This document shows positions 26,195 to 39,500 of a stretch of 64,000 nucleotides of DNA, piece after piece. The stretch is taken from the NCBI GenBank assembly GCA_950097015.1, contig CATNEN010000032.1, positions 1,240,001 to 1,304,000 of the forward strand, written 5' to 3'. A program made the translations under genes and the position numbers. This stretch comes from Macrostomum hystrix. Lineage: Eukaryota; Animalia; Platyhelminthes. Within the stretch, counting starts at the first letter, position 1. Every line of letters starts with the position of its first letter. The notes beneath the pieces were generated by a model, which saw nothing but the letters and a program-made list of their open reading frames with translations, was not told the origin of the DNA and did no database searches.

Positions 26195-26465
26195 GAAAGG
26201 GTAGCAGAGGGGTAGACAGGGTAGGAAAGGGGTAGACAGGGTAGGAGAGGGGTAGACAGGGTAGGAGAGGGGTAGACAGGGTAGGAGAGGGGTAGACAGG
26301 GTAGGAGAGGGGTAGACAGGGTAGGAGAGGGGTAGACAGGGTAGGAGAGGGGTAGACAGGGTAGGAGATGGGTACAGGGTAGGAGAGGGGTGGACAGGGT
26401 AGGAGATGGGTACAGGGTAGGAGAGGGGTAGACAGGGTAGGAGAGGGGTGGACAGGGTAGGTAGG
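26195..26465. repeat. 20-bp G-rich minisatellite (GTAGGAGAGGGGTAGACAGG)n
   Basis: About 13 copies just upstream of the first supported C6orf118-like exon. Confidence 0.92.
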
Positions 26466-26596
26466 CATGGTGAAAAAGAGGTAGATTGGAGGGTGCGGGA
26501 GAGGTAGATTGGGTTGTATAGGGACAGGCAGAAATGGATACAGGTAAGCGAGCACAGAAGCAGGTGGCTTTCAATTTTCTTCTGTTTCATCCGCAG

Positions 26597-29265
26597 CCGC
26601 CTCCCGCCACCTCCGCTGCGGCTGCCCGCCGGCCACCAGCACCTTCGGCTACTCCGCAGCCACCGCCAGTCAATCTGGGCCGCCTCTTGAACAGCCTGGA
26701 GGCGGCGCACAAAGCCGACGTTCGCGATTTCACCGTCGGGCACCTCAACGAGTCGCGGCTCTACCGGCCGCCGGAGCCGCCCAGGCGCAACCGCCTGTTG
26801 GAGCGAGGCGGCCCCGGAGACAACGGTAGCCCGGAGCCTCTGGTTCCGGTTCGTCGAGTTCGCGTGCCGGCTCCAAAGCAGCAGCAGCAGCAGCAGCAGA
26901 AGGCTGCTCCGAAAGCGGATCAGCCGGAGTTGCATCGAGAGGCTCTGGTGGAAGAGGTCCTGCCGCCGACTGCTCTGCCGCAGCGGCTCCTTCTGCCAGC
27001 TGCCGGGGGCGATGGCAGCCACGCCGCCAATTATCGACGAGCCCAGCTGATTCGCAAGCGGCTGGTGCGCGAGCAGGACACCACCGAGCAGGACCTCATG
27101 AGCGGCTACTCGGCCGTGCGAGACCTGGAGCTGCGCCTACAAGAGGTGGCTAATTTGACAGCTCGGTCATTGACCTGGCTGTCGATTCTCAGCTACGTCT
27201 TTACTCTTCCTTGATCCCCATTTTAGGATGTCAGTTTTTTCTAATCCCATTTATCTGTTCCCTGCCCCCTGTTTTGAGTTTGCACTCTTCCATGATCCCC
27301 ATTTGGTGATTTCATATCTTTCAAATCCGTATCTTGGGATTCGTATAGTCACTGATCCCTACTTTCCTTTTTTTCTTTTTTCCCTGATCATCAATTAGTG
27401 ATTTTTTCTTCCCGTGTGTTATTTAGGATTTCGATTCTCTAATTTGCTAGACAATATCTCCCGTGATAGACATTTTGCTATTTAGATTTGTCGAACTCAA
27501 GTAGTATAGATATCCCCAACAGTCGAAACTATTCACTATTCGTTACCGCAATCTCAACAGAGTTGTTCGTCTATGAAATGGTACTGCTAAAGATGCGTCA
27601 AGTGCGGGAAAAACATTTTTATGGTAACTGTTTAAATGTGATTGCGTTTCACTTAAGCCTGGAAATTCACCTTAAGTTTACCGGTTATTATGCTACGCCA
27701 CACGTTTTTGTAAACTAAGTCGCTATATTCACGAATATTATAAAAGTTTTTCCGATATTCACTCAACATGCACATCATGCTACTAACAGCCCTGACTAGC
27801 AGTAACAACAAAAGCATTTTTCATCTTAAGTAAATATTTACACATGCTTTCGTGCAGAATTTGCGGGTGCACTTTGGCAACGCCGCCGGGCCCAGCTTCC
27901 ATCGGCTGCAGCTCTACTCGGCCGCTTTGGACGAAATTATCAGACAGTCGAATACGTTCGGCTCCACGCTGCAGCGAATCAAGGTTGGTGGCCCTATGTG
28001 TCTTTGTAGAATCCCGTCTTTGTCATCATATAAAAAATTAGATATCGATCTACATAACCAGCTTTTATGGCACATTCCAAAAATTATGCCAATAACATTC
28101 CTTCGTTGAACTTTACATCGCTTTGCTTTCTACCTATATGTTGCGAAATGTTTTTTGCCAACTTAGTATTGCAAAACTGTTCTCCAATATGTATTCGAAT
28201 TGTTTATTTTGGTTCTTAGCAACAAAAGGCTAATTTTCAAATTAGAAAGTAACAGTTTGTCGATATTTATTGAAAGTGTTTTCATAAGGTATGTATTCAA
28301 ATGTCTGCGGTTATGTCTCGAAAGAGTTTTTGCGTACTCTTGCGTACTTTTTACGTATTGATATGTCTGCCGATATGTATCGAAAAAGTTTTTGCCTGCA
28401 GTAGGAATTGAATTAGTGCCTGCCGATGTGCCTAGAAAGAGTTTTGCATACAGTATGTCGTGAAATGGCTGAAGATATGTATCGAAAAATGTTTGTTAAT
28501 GCATTGTGTTTCATCTCATCGACATGCCTTCACCCACAGTCCGCCTACGACGACTACCTGGCCTGGCTGCTGGACGGCACGTCGCCCGCTCAGCACCGCC
28601 ACCTGCGCTCCCAGCTGGCTCAGCTGCGCGATCCGGCCGCCGAATCGGAGCTTGACCGTCTGCGCCAACGCCTAGAACAGCTGGAGTCGGACGCGGAGCT
28701 CGCCCTGGCTGGCCTGGCTGAAAGCCGATGCCGCCTAGCCGATGCTCAAGAGGCCGACGCTGTCGAAGCGGCTCGAGATCGCCTGGCCGAGGAACAGCAG
28801 GAGGAGGCGGCCGAGCACGAGGCCTCGCTGCTCGCCGCCCGACCCCACGAGGAGGAGACCGTGGCAGACAGGTGCGAGCGCCTCCTGCGCGACATCTGGT
28901 CCGGCCTGGACTCGCTGGCCGAGCTGCGACGCGAACTCCGGACCAACCGGTCGCCGCTGGTCTGCGCGGCCCACCTGGAGCGCTGCTGCCGTCAGGCGCA
29001 CGCCGAGATGCAGGCCGTGGAGGAAGAGCTAGCCAAAGTGGCCGGCGCCAATCAAGCCGCTGCTGACGAACTGATCTCGGCGATGCTTGGCGCTGATGAT
29101 TCTCGTCCCGAGGAGGACGTCGATTTTGATAGCGACGAGAGTCGGGCCAGGCGTCTGCTAAGCTACGAGTGCGCGGCTGCCGCTCTGGCCAGCGAAACGC
29201 TGGACCTGAACCCAGACCTGCTGGGCGAGGGCGACTCAAGGAAGTGGGACTGGTACATCAGCTGA
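26597..29265 (+). CDS. C6orf118-like coiled-coil protein; exons 26597-27145, 27858-27983, 28540-29265; start exon not located
   Basis: LGRLLNSLEAAHKADVRDFTVGHLNESRLYRPPE, EQDTTEQDLMSGYSAVRDLELRLQE, HRLQLYSAALDEIIRQSNTFGSTLQRIK|SAYDDYLAWLLD correspond in order to my recollection of human C6orf118 ([31 protein letters not shown] ... [21 protein letters not shown]). The two internal introns are phase-0 GT-AG. Homology was judged by eye. Confidence 0.8.
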
Positions 29266-29460
29266 TTCCGCAGCCACGCAGATACTCATTGTTCTGCATC
29301 GGCGTGTCTGTGGCCTTGAAGTGACCCGTAGTGACTTCACTGACCATGAAAGTCTCCGCGTTACTTAACCAATCTTAATTAGGCTTAGAGACTCTACTAG
29401 TACCTGAAGACATCAGTTTGCTTAAGGTACTTATGGCCCTGGAGACCTCAGTAGCTTCAG

Positions 29461-29752
29461 GTAATCAGGTAATTGGGTCAGATGTGCAGCCGGCAGCACA
29501 GCCGTAGCTTTGCTATTGCTTGGCGCATCTGAAGGCTGCGTACGACTGTTCAGTCCATGGACTGTGGGGATGCCACACCCACCTTCAATCACCCCAGCTG
29601 ATGCTGGTACCCATTTAACAGCCGGGCGAACTGAAGCAATGCAGAGTTAAGTGTCTTGCTAAAGGACACAAACTATTCCAGTGGAGTCGGGAATAGAACC
29701 CCCGACCTTCAAGTCGTGAGTCCGACCCTCTAACCACTAGGCCACAACCCCT
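29461..29752 (-). mobile_element. tRNA-derived SINE with a CORE/Meta-type central domain
   Basis: Minus strand: tRNA-like head with A box TGGCCTAGTGG and B box GGTTCTATTCCC; central GTGTCCTTTAGCAAGACACTTAACTCTGCATTGCTTCAGTTCGCCCGGCTGTTAAATGGGTACC resembles the CORE/Meta SINE domain; short tandem tail (ATTACCTG)2; a second partial copy at 13643. Confidence 0.8.
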
Positions 29753-29977
29753 GTTATAACATCAGTTGAGGCCTTATTAGCTTCAGTTGCTCGAGTATAA
29801 AAAGGAAGTATCAAATATTCGCAGTGTGCTGTGTGCGTATCCGCCCATGTCATTTTTACGTACGTCAAAGAGATATTTTAATATTTAGCAGAAAAGCAAA
29901 CATTTTGTTAAAGTTTTTTCCTGCTAGTTTCTCAGTTTATTTTTCTGTTAAACTGTCAATTTCACGTTGGCTTTCTC

Positions 29978-29991
29978 GTATCCATAGCAAC
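29978..29991. promoter_or_regulatory. RFX X-box-like motif GTATCCATAGCAAC
   Basis: Matches the X-box consensus RTHNYY-WT-RRNRAC; the target gene is not identified. Confidence 0.4.
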
Positions 29992-30544
29992 GCAGAGCGA
30001 ATGCAACTCTGCCTGTATTTGTGTTTCTGTGTTTATTTCTAAAAAGGTGAATTGTCATTGTTTTGCAAGGCCTGAAAAACTAACTATGAGCAGACTGTGC
30101 TCATTGGACTGCAACCAGCGACAATGCTGACTTGTCTGACTTGATTCCGAATTAGCTGGGCCCCCAGTGAATGGCCGTGCTCCCGCTAATCCTTTCTGTG
30201 ATAATTTTTTTCTCTGCTGAGATTTTGATTGACGTTCGAGGCGGCAAAACAATAAAATGGACTAGAGTTATAATAAAATGACTGCTCATTCATTGTTAGA
30301 ATGCAAAAAACTGATTTTTGCACGCGTCAAATGGCGTTTAAAATTGCAACTTAATTGCTTTAGATTGGCAGTGCCGCTGCTAATTGGCTGTTGAATTGTC
30401 CGATAAAAATCTAGATTTAAGTCATTTAAATTGCACTGGCTGCAGAGACTAATTAAAGGAAATTTTTTGGGGCTTGAGAAATGTTTCGGAAAGCAAAAAC
30501 TCGTCTAGTTGAATGCAGGGTAAGAAAAAGAAAGGTGGAATGCG

Positions 30545-33500
30545 AAGGAGACAGAGGATGTGAGGGAGACAGGTAGGGTATGAGGGAGACAGGTAGGGTA
30601 TGAGGGAGACAGGTAGGGTATGAGGGAGACAGGTAGGGTATGAGGGAGACAGGTAGGGTATGAGGGAGACAGGTAGGGTATGAGGGAGACATGTAGGATA
30701 TGAGGGAGACAGGTAGGGTATGAGGGAGACAGGTAGGGTATGAGGGAGACAGGTAGGGTATGAGGGAGACAGGTAGGGTATGAGGGAGAAAGGTAGGGTA
30801 TGAGGGAGACAGGTAGGGTATGAGGGAGACAGGTAGGGTATGAGGGAGACAGGTAGGGTATGAGGGAGACAGGTAGGGTATGAGGGAGACAGGTAGGGTA
30901 TGAGGGAGACAGGTAGGGTATGAGGGAGACAGGTAGGGTATGAGGGAGAAAGGTAGGGTATGAGGGAGACAGGTAGGGTATGAGGGAGACAGGTAGGGTA
31001 TGAGGGAGACAGGTAGGGTATGAGGGAGACAGGTAGGGTATGAGGGAGACAGGTAGGGTATGAGGGAGACAGGTAGGGTATGAGGGAGACAGGTAGGGTA
31101 TGAGGGAGACATGTAGGATATGAGGGAGACATGTAGGATATGAGGGAGACAGGTAGGGTATGAGGGAGACAGGTAGGGTATGAGGGAGAAAGGTAGGGTA
31201 TGAGGGAGAAAGGTAGGGTATGAGGGAGACAGGTAGGGTATGAGGGAGACAGGTAGGGTATGAGGGAGACAGGTAGGGTATGAGGGAGACAGGTAGGGTA
31301 TGAGGGAGACAGGTAGGGTATGAGGGAGACAGGTAGGGTATGAGGGAGACAGGTAGGGTATGAGGGAGACATGTAGGATATGAGGGAGACATGTAGGATA
31401 TGAGGGAGACAGGTAGGGTATGAGGGAGACAGGTAGGGTATGAGGGAGACAGGTAGGGTATGAGGGAGACAGGTAGGGTATGAGGGAGACAGGTAGGGTA
31501 TGAGGGAGACAGGTAGGGTATGAGGGAGACAGGTAGGGTATGAGGGAGACAGGTAGGGTATGAGGGAGACATGTAGGGTATGAGGGAGACATGTAGGATA
31601 TGAGGGAGACAGGTAGGGTATGAGGGAGACAGGTAGGGTATGAGGGAGACAGGTAGGGTATGAGGGAGACATGTAGGATATGAGGGAGAAAGGTAGGGTA
31701 TGAGGGAGACAGGTAGGGTATGAGGGAGACAGGTAGGGTATGAGGGAGACAGGTAGGGTATGAGGGAGACAGGTAGGGTATGAGGGAGACAGGTAGGGTA
31801 TGAGGGAGACAGGTAGGGTATGAGGGAGACAGGTAGGGTATGAGGGAGAAAGGTAGGGTATGAGGGAGACAGGTAGGGTATGAGGGAGAAAGGTAGGGTA
31901 TGAGGGAGAAAGGTAGGGTATGAGGGAGACAGGTAGGGTATGAGGGAGACAGGTAGGGTATGAGGGAGACAGGTAGGGTATGAGGGAGACAGGTAGGGTA
32001 TGAGGGAGACAGGTAGGGTATGAGGGAGACAGGTAGGGTATGAGGGAGACAGGTAGGGTATGAGGGAGAAAGGTAGGGTATGAGGGAGAAAGGTAGGGTA
32101 TGAGGGAGACAGGTAGGGTATGAGGGAGACAGGTAGGGTATGAGGGAGACAGGTAGGGTATGAGGGAGACAGGTAGGGTATGAGGGAGACAGGTAGGGTA
32201 TGAGGGAGACAGGTAGGGTATGAGGGAGACAGGTAGGGTATGAGGGAGACATGTAGGATATGAGGGAGACATGTAGGATATGAGGGAGACATGTAGGATA
32301 TGAGGGAGACATGTAGGATATGATGGAGACAGGTAGGGTATGAGGGAGAAAGGTAGGGTATGAGGGAGACATGTAGGATATGAGGGAGACATGTAGGATA
32401 TGAGGGAGACATGTAGGATATGAGGGAGACATGTAGGATATGAGGGAGACATGTAGGATATGAGGGAGACATGTAGGATATGAGGGAGACAGGTAGGGTA
32501 TGAGGGAGAAAGGTAGGGTATGAGGGAGACATGTAGGATATGAGGGAGACATGTAGGATATGAGGGAGACATGTAGGATATGAGGGAGACATGTAGGATA
32601 TGAGGGAGACATGTAGGATATGAGGGAGACATGTAGGATATGATGGAGACAGGTAGGGTATGAGGGAGAAAGGTAGGGTATGAGGGAGACATGTAGGATA
32701 TGAGGGAGACATGTAGGATATGAGGGAGACAGGTAGGATATGAGGGAGACATGTAGGATATGAGGGAGACATGTAGGATATGAGGGAGACATGTAGGATA
32801 TGATGGAGACAGGTAGGGTATGAGGGAGAAAGGTAGGGTATGAGGGAGACATGTAGGATATGAGGGAGACATGTAGGATATGAGGGAGACATGTAGGATA
32901 TGAGGGAGACATGTAGGATATGAGGGAGACATGTAGGATATGAGGGAGACAGGTAGGGTATGAGGGAGAAAGGTAGGGTATGAGGGAGACAGGTAGGGTA
33001 TGAGGGAGACAGGTAGGGTATGAGGGAGACAGGTAGGGTATGAGGGAGACAGGTAGGGTATGAGGGAGACAGGTAGGGTATGAGGGAGACAGGTAGGGTA
33101 TGAGGGAGACAGGTAGGGTATGAGGGAGACAGGTAGGGTATGAGGGAGACAGGTAGGGTATGAGGGAGACAGGTAGGGTATGAGGGAGACATGTAGGATA
33201 TGAGGGAGACAGGTAGGGTATGAGGGAGACAGGTAGGGTATGAGGGAGACAGGTAGGGTATGAGGGAGACATGTAGGATATGAGGGAGAAAGGTAGGGTA
33301 TGAGGGAGACAGGTAGGGTATGAGGGAGACAGGTAGGGTATGAGGGAGACAGGTAGGGTATGAGGGAGACAGGTAGGGTATGAGGGAGACAGGTAGGGTA
33401 TGAGGGAGACAGGTAGGGTATGAGGGAGACAGGTAGGGTATGAGGGAGACAGGTAGGGTATGAGGGAGACAGGTAGGGTATGAGGGAGACAGGTAGGGTA

Positions 33501-35640
33501 TGAGGGAGACAGGTAGGGTATGAGGGAGACAGGTAGGGTATGAGGGAGACAGGTAGGGTATGAGGGAGACAGGTAGGGTATGAGGGAGACAGGTAGGGTA
33601 TGAGGGAGACAGGTAGGGTATGAGGGAGACATGTAGGATATGAGGGAGACAGGTAGGGTATGAGGGAGACAGGTAGGGTATGAGGGAGACAGGTAGGGTA
33701 TGAGGGAGACATGTAGGATATGAGGGAGAAAGGTAGGGTATGAGGGAGACAGGTAGGGTATGAGGGAGACAGGTAGGGTATGAGGGAGACAGGTAGGGTA
33801 TGAGGGAGACAGGTAGGGTATGAGGGAGACAGGTAGGGTATGAGGGAGACAGGTAGGGTATGAGGGAGACAGGTAGGGTATGAGGGAGAAAGGTAGGGTA
33901 TGAGGGAGACAGGTAGGGTATGAGGGAGAAAGGTAGGGTATGAGGGAGAAAGGTAGGGTATGAGGGAGACAGGTAGGGTATGAGGGAGACAGGTAGGGTA
34001 TGAGGGAGACAGGTAGGGTATGAGGGAGACAGGTAGGGTATGAGGGAGACAGGTAGGGTATGAGGGAGACAGGTAGGGTATGAGGGAGACAGGTAGGGTA
34101 TGAGGGAGAAAGGTAGGGTATGAGGGAGAAAGGTAGGGTATGAGGGAGACAGGTAGGGTATGAGGGAGACAGGTAGGGTATGAGGGAGACAGGTAGGGTA
34201 TGAGGGAGACAGGTAGGGTATGAGGGAGACAGGTAGGGTATGAGGGAGACAGGTAGGGTATGAGGGAGACAGGTAGGGTATGAGGGAGACATGTAGGATA
34301 TGAGGGAGACATGTAGGATATGAGGGAGACATGTAGGATATGAGGGAGACATGTAGGATATGATGGAGACAGGTAGGGTATGAGGGAGAAAGGTAGGGTA
34401 TGAGGGAGACATGTAGGATATGAGGGAGACATGTAGGATATGAGGGAGACATGTAGGATATGAGGGAGACATGTAGGATATGAGGGAGACATGTAGGATA
34501 TGAGGGAGACATGTAGGATATGAGGGAGACAGGTAGGGTATGAGGGAGAAAGGTAGGGTATGAGGGAGACATGTAGGATATGAGGGAGACATGTAGGATA
34601 TGAGGGAGACATGTAGGATATGAGGGAGACATGTAGGATATGAGGGAGACAGGTAGGATATGAGGGAGACAGGTAGGGTATGAGGGAAAAAGGTAGGGTA
34701 TGAGGGAGACATGTAGGATATGAGGGAGACAGGTAGGGTATGAGGGAGAAAGGTAGGGTATGAGGGAGACATGTAGGATATGAGGGAGACATGTAGGATA
34801 TGAGGGAGACATGTAGGATATGAGTGAGACATGTAGGATATGAGGGAGACATGTAGGATATGAGGGAGACAGGTAGGGTATGAGGGAGAAAGGTAGGGTA
34901 TGAGGGAGACATGTAGGATATGAGGGAGACATGTAGGATATGAGGGAGACATGTAGGATATGAGGGAGACAGGTAGGGTATGAGGGAGAAAGGTAGGGTA
35001 TGAGGGAGACATGTAGGATATGAGGGAGACAGGTAGGGTATGAGGGAGACAGGTAGGGTATGAGGGAGAAAGGTAGGGTATGAGGGAGACATGTAGGATA
35101 TGAGGGAGACAGGTAGGGTATGAGGGAGACAGGTAGGGTATGAGGGAGACAGGTAGGGTATGAGGGAGAAAGGTAGGGTATGAGGGAGAAAGGTAGGGTA
35201 TGAGGGAGACAGGTAGGGTATGAGGGAGACAGGTAGGGTATGAGGGAGACAGGTAGGGTATGAGGGAGACATGTAGGATATGAGGGAGACAGGTAGGGTA
35301 TGAGGGAGAAAGGTAGGATATGAGGGAGACATGTAGGATATGAGGGAGACATGTAGGATATGAGGGAGACATGTAGGATATGAGGGAGACAGGTAGGATA
35401 TGAGGGAGACATGTAGGATATGAGGGAGACATGTAGGATATGAGGGAGACAGGTAGGGTATGAGGGAGAAAGGTAGGGTATGAGGGAGAAAGGTAGGGTA
35501 TGAGGGAGAAAGGTAGGGTATGAGGGAGACAGGTAGGGTATGAGGGAGACAGGTAGGGTATGAGGGAGACATGTAGGATATGAGGGAGACATGTAGGATA
35601 TGAGGGAGACATGTAGGATATGAGGGAGATAGGTAGAATA
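30545..35640. repeat. 5.1-kb 20-bp satellite (TGAGGGAGACAGGTAGGGTA)n
   Basis: About 255 in-register copies with three main variants (AGGTAGGGTA, ATGTAGGATA, GAGAA). Explains the 1700-aa minus-strand ORFs. Confidence 0.98.
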
Positions 35641-36010
35641 TCAGGTGGGACATATATGAGAGAGACAGGTGGGATATGTGGAAGACAAGTAGTTTAGGAG
35701 ACATCAGTGGAATGTGAGAGAGCTAGGCAGATTATTTTGTTACGGTAAAACAAATTCTTCTGTCCTGGGCTGTCTGTTCCAATTTTGACTGGTTTGAACT
35801 TCTATCAACTCCGCATTGCCTATTTGGATCCTCAATGTGGACATTGTCGGTCTACCGCCCACCTAAATTAACAATGGTAGCCTTGCACTTCTGTCATTCT
35901 ATATGCAGATTTTGCCAACATTTTTAATTAAGGCATTATTGAAATTGACTTTTCACCCGGGAGGCTGTCCTGTCTTTCAGTTTAGTTTTGTTTCTCCTTC
36001 TGTACCCTTT

Positions 36011-36025
36011 GTTGCCATTAGCAAC
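36011..36025. promoter_or_regulatory. RFX X-box GTTGCCATTAGCAAC
   Basis: Matches GTNRCC-N(0-3)-RGYAAC, about 500 bp upstream of the mucin ATG. Confidence 0.55.
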
Positions 36026-36342
36026 GCAGTGGGCCTGCCTCACTCCTTGTGACTGTGAGATCTCTGTGGGCCCAAATCAATCTTTCACAGGGCTATTGTT
36101 TTCCCACTGGAGCGCCTGCCCTGATCGGGGTGCCCCTCAGTCGCCTGCCCCTGGCCGAGATGACGGCTTTTGAGATTGCTTTTGCCGCTCACTGGGCTGC
36201 TGAAGTGGCGCTGCGGCGGCCAGCTTTTTGCCCCCGACTCCGAAATCCCCTTTGCCCGCGCGCTCATCCGCAGCTTGGCCTACCCATCTTCAAAGCCATT
36301 GGTTGCCATCGAGAGTTGTTTCAATGGGACTTTCGGCCCATA

Positions 36343-36356
36343 GTTGCCATGGCAAC
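36343..36356. promoter_or_regulatory. Perfect palindromic RFX X-box GTTGCCATGGCAAC
   Basis: Canonical 14-bp palindrome about 150 bp upstream of the mucin ATG at 36508. Confidence 0.75.
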
Positions 36357-36507
36357 GAACAAAGTGTGGCTGTTTTGTGAAAGAGGCCCTTGTTTCTCTA
36401 CTTAAGGCCCGGATCGCTGTCAGGGCGGCTCTTTAAGTTATTGAACTGCGCGAAAAATCCCCCTGATCAATCATTTCCTGACTAAACTTTCTGCTACACA
36501 ATACCCA

Positions 36508-39500
36508 ATGCTTCTGCTGCTGTTCGGTAAGTATGCCCACTTCGTTGCGTGCTCATTTTTCGCCCCTAATTATCCTCGCCATCGATCCTCGTCTTGAAGC
36601 TGCCGCAGCGATCCGCTGGCAGGCGGTGTCCGGTACGGAGCCCTGCACGTCTAGCTGCGCTGTCATCGACTGCAAGGGCTTCAGCAACCAGACTATGCAC
36701 TGCGCCAACGGCACCGACTACAGCATCGGCTACTGCTACAGGCCCATTGATTTCGTCTGCTCAAACAGTGAGATGTCTGGCTGGAACTGTAGCTGGAACT
36801 GTTGACTGTAGCTGGAACTGTTGACTGTAGCTGGAACTGTTGACTGTAGCTGGAACTGTTGACTGTAGCTGGAACTGTTGACTGTAGCTGGAACTGTTGA
36901 CTGTAGCTGGAACTGTTGACTGTAGCTGGAACTGTTGACTGTAGCTGGAAATTTTAACTGTAGCTGGCAATGTTAACTTTAGCTGGAAATGTTAACTGTA
37001 GCTGCAACTGAAACTGTTAACTGTAGCTGGAACTGTTGACTGTAGCTGGAACTGGGACTGTTAACTGTAGCTGCAACTGAAACTGTTAACTGTAGCTGGA
37101 ACTGTTGACTGTAGCTGGAACTGTTGACTGTAGCTGGAACTGGAACTGTTGACTGTAGCTGGAAATTTTAACTGTAGCTGCAACTGGAACTGTTAACTGT
37201 AGCTGGAACTGTTGACTGTAGCTGGAACTGGGACTGTTAACTGTAGCTGGAAATTTTAACTGTAGCTGGAAATGTTAGCTGTAGCTGGAAATGTTAGCTG
37301 TAGCTGTAACTGGAACTGTTAACTGTAGCTGGAAATGTTAGCTGTAGCTGTAACTGGAACTGTTAACTGTAGCTGGAAATGTTAGCTGTAGCTGTAACTG
37401 GAACTGTTAACTGTAGCTGGAAATGTTAGCTGTAGCTGTAACTGGAACTGTTAACTGTAGCTGGAAATGTTAGCTGTAGCTGTAACTGGAACTGTTAACT
37501 GTAGCTGGAAATGTTAGCTGTAGCTGTAACTGGAACTGTTAACTTTAGCTGGAACTGTAGTTTGAACTGTGCAACTGTTGCTAAACTGCTAATATAGTAA
37601 CAATTGCCATTTTCAAATTTTCCGCAGTCCCATCGAGAGGTGTGTTAACTTTGAGGATCACCGGAATTTCACCCGACCAAGTAAGTTGCCGAAGCTTGCG
37701 CCTGAAGTTATGTTTGAATTAGTAAATATTTCCAGTACAAGTTTTAGAACACGCAGCAATGAAATATGTTGCAGCTTTATCCCCACTATTCGCTGCTGCA
37801 ACGCGCTGTCAAGTTCGCCTACAATGAGTTTTGCTTGACTGCCGACAATTATTTGCTGTGCTGCCCTGGTGCGGCCTCGTGGTGAGTTGCTGTTGTTATT
37901 CAGCATCGCTGAGACCAGAGTTTTAGACAGTTAATAATTGCTGGAGGGCTGTTGGCAATGGCTCATGATTCGGTGACACTAGACCCGCAGCCAGCGAGGA
38001 GGCAATTCTGCCCATTTCGTTGACTCCTGAGCACACACAACACACACAGATACCGTACGCAGGCACGCTTACACAGGGTGTGTACATCTGTCAGTGCACA
38101 CTCTCACTGGGCCTTGGAGGTTGGCCCTCAATGGCGGAAATTGCACGACAGCTCCCAAGCCTTCTCTCCGCGGCTGCACCCCAAATGAATGTGTCCTCGC
38201 CGCGGAATCGAGCTCAGGGACCTTGGTGCGAGAGGCAAACGCGTTAACCGCTCTGCCACCGACCCCGCCGAGAAGTCAAAGCTTCGCCCAATCTTTGCAG
38301 GTCCAAGCCCAGCTCAGGTCTCGCTGCCTTCACGGCCATCGCGTCCGAGTCCACCGAGGTGTCCATTCTGGCGGTTCGCGGTGACATCACCTACTCAATC
38401 GTAGCTCTATCTGTGCAGCCGAGTCGTCAGAGTGCCCTTTGCATCGCCGTGCAGTACGCAAGCACCGCCGACACGACTGCGACGACAATGACATCTGTCG
38501 CCACTTCGACATTGACTGCCACAACTACTTTCTCGACTTCCTTGGCTGCGCCAACCACTGCCACGACCGCAACTACTTCGATGATGTCGACAACAAAAGC
38601 TCCGACGTCACTGTCATCATCATTGCCTCCGTCGACGTTGCAACTGTCTTCACATTTGTCGCCGTTGTCGTCGCAGTCGCCGATGTCGTCGCAGTCGCCG
38701 ATGTCGTCGCAGTCGCCGATGTCGTCGCAGTCGCCGATGTCGTCGCAGTCGCCGATGTCGTCGCAGTCGCCGATGTCGTCGCAGTCACCGATGTCGTCGC
38801 AGTCGCCGATGTCGTCGCAGTCGCCGATGTCGTCGCAGTCGCCGATGTCGTCGCAGTCGCCGATGTCGTCGCAGTCGCCGATGTCGTCGCAGTCGCCGAT
38901 GTCGTCGCAGTCGCTGATGTCGTCGCAGTCGCCGATGTCGTCGCAGTCGCCGATGTCGTCGCAGTCGCCGATGTCGTCGCAGTCGCCGATGTCGTCGCAG
39001 TCGCCGATGTCGTCGCAGTCGCCGATGTCGTCGCAGTCGCCGATGTCGTCGCAGTCGCCGATGTCCACCCAGTCACCGATGTCCTCGCAGTCGCCGATGT
39101 CGTCGCAGTCGCCGATGTCGTCGCAGTCGCCGATGTCGTCGCAGTCGCCGATGTCGTTGCAGTCGCCGATGTCGTCGCAGTCGCCGATGTCGTCGCAGTC
39201 GCCGATGTCGTCGCAGTCGCCGATGTCGTCGCAGTCGCCGATGTCGTCCCAGTCGCCGATGTCGTCGCAGTCGCCGATGTCGTCGCAGTCGCCGATGTCG
39301 TCGCAGTCGCCGATGTCGTCGCAGTCGCCGATGTCCACCCAGTCACCGATGTCCTCGCAGTCGCCGATGTCGTCGCAGTCACCAATGTCCACCCAGTCAC
39401 CGATGTCCTCGCAGTCGCCGATGTCCTCCCAGTCGCCAATGTCATCACAACCGCCGATGTCCTCGCAGTCACCGATGTCCACCCAGTCACCGATGTCCTC

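Noticed and set aside
29680-29752. Functional tRNA gene
   Set aside because: Imperfect anticodon and acceptor stems, no poly-T terminator, and it continues directly into a SINE body.
30055-30252. Minus-strand exon of a gene that would contain the 5-kb satellite as an intron
   Set aside because: No homology and no convincing upstream coding exon near 35700-36000.
30449-35704. Three 1700-aa minus-strand ORFs
   Set aside because: They are readings of a 20-bp satellite that lacks stops on that strand; the same peptide cycles through all three frames and there are no unique coding flanks.
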